A stretch of 64,000 nt of DNA, taken from an uncultured Spirochaetota bacterium. GTDB lineage: Bacteria > Spirochaetota > Spirochaetia > SZUA-6 > CAVTHK01. A program made the translations under genes and the position numbers. Where the stretch lies: positions 64,001 through 128,000 of the forward strand of contig CAVTHK010000002.1 in the NCBI GenBank assembly GCA_963734495.1, written 5' to 3'. Shown here one piece after another: positions 63,123 through 64,000 of this stretch. The notes under the pieces are model-generated. The model was given only the letters and a program-made list of their open reading frames with translations, ran no database searches and was not told where the DNA came from. The first letter of the stretch is position 1. Each line of letters starts with the position of its first letter.

Positions 63123-64000
63123 TTGAACAAGGCGCAGGCTCTTTCCGACGCGCTCGTCGCTCTCGCGTGCGCCGCTCTCCTCGCGGGGCTCGCGGCAGCC
63201 GCGCACGCTTTCGACCCTGCCGCTCACGGGCTGTGGAGGGGCTACCTCACTCTGGTCGCACGCGAAGGCGTCGACACCCGCGAGGCCCTCGCGCGCGCCG
63301 GCGTGCGGACGTGGGTCGACGCGCGCGAGGCGGAGGCCGCCTTCACCGTGTTTCGGGGGCTGGAACAGGTGAGCGTGGCGGACCTGGAGGCGCGCTTCGA
63401 TCCCCTCGACCCCCGATTCGACCCGTACATGCGCTCGCTGGGGGCGTGGTTCGACGCGGGCGGCGGGTGGAGCGTCGTATACGCGCGGCTCGATCGCCCC
63501 GCGCCGCTTCTGGCGCTGCGCCTGCTCTTGAGTCTTCCGGGGTACGGGAGCCGATGGCGCATCGCAGACCGGGCCCCCGCGGCGGGGGTCGTGTCGCTGG
63601 TCGCCGCCGGGTTCCTCGTCGTCTGCTTCGGCATGAGCCGCAGAAGGGACCACGCCAGGACGGGTGCGATCGCGTTCGCGTTCGCGGCTTGGGCGCCGGC
63701 GCTCGCTCGTGGAGACCTGTCGGACCTGGCCGCGTTCCTGCTGCTGGCGACCGCCTGGACGCCAAGCCTGCCCGAGGCGCTCGACGCGGGCAGGGCGTCG
63801 CTGGCGCGAGGGGGCGCGGCGCGGATGCCGCCGCTGTCGCGCCTGGCCCCGTTCGCTGTCGTGCTGGGGCTCGTGGCTGCGGCCCGGCTCGCCGCGAACG
63901 CATCGCCCCTCGCGCTTCCTGCCCTCGCCTCGCTCGCCGCCCAGGCCGCCGTCTTTCCGGCGGCCGCGCTCCTCGCGGGGGCGGTCGAGCGCGCCGCGGC
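63123..64000 (+). CDS. Hypothetical membrane protein running off the window end
   Basis: Frame from TTG 63123 (NKAQALSDALVALACAA..DPLDPRFDPYM..) with several hydrophobic stretches; absent from the ORF track, consistent with no stop before 64000. Confidence 0.55.
   Translation, partial: MNKAQALSDALVALACAALLAGLAAAAHAFDPAAHGLWRGYLTLVAREGVDTREALARAGVRTWVDAREAEAAFTVFRGLEQVSVADLEARFDPLDPRFDPYMRSLGAWFDAGGGWSVVYARLDRPAPLLALRLLLSLPGYGSRWRIADRAPAAGVVSLVAAGFLVVCFGMSRRRDHARTGAIAFAFAAWAPALARGDLSDLAAFLLLATAWTPSLPEALDAGRASLARGGAARMPPLSRLAPFAVVLGLVAAARLAANASPLALPALASLAAQAAVFPAAALLAGAVERAA

Overview
A very GC-rich bacterial chromosomal segment, probably from an uncultured Spirochaetota. This is inferred from a spirochaete-type hypothetical gene, the SurA/PpiD-Maf block, groEL without groES and a group 1/2 sigma factor. 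Most of the window is housekeeping and carbohydrate or sugar-acid metabolism: groEL, lepA, typA, rlmN, msrB, two DEAD-box helicases, tRNA-Pro and tRNA-Asp, a GH38 mannosidase and a Ugp-like ABC transporter. About ten single-base frameshifts in unrelated genes look like long-read or assembly indel errors. Two accessory loci stand out. (1) At 11.9-16.9 kb is an unusual NHEJ module: Ku, a stand-alone catalytically intact ATP-dependent ligase and a BRCT + MerR-HTH + TPR protein carrying a clamp-motif-like QMLLDF. These converge on a LigD whose phosphoesterase and polymerase domains are intact but whose ligase domain has lost the catalytic residues of motifs I, III, IV and V and has no OB fold. This is the best candidate for an undescribed system. 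(2) At 1.2-3.2 kb is a group II intron with an atypical 3' end, bracketed by a 16-bp palindromic direct repeat and lying between two divergent genes that share an operator-like 11-mer. Smaller oddities are a radical SAM gene with an ACG start, an internally deleted EEP mini-gene, a eukaryote-type (Aro7-like) chorismate mutase and many apparently leaderless genes. No CRISPR array or rRNA was found. All family calls come from motif recognition by eye; no searches were run.
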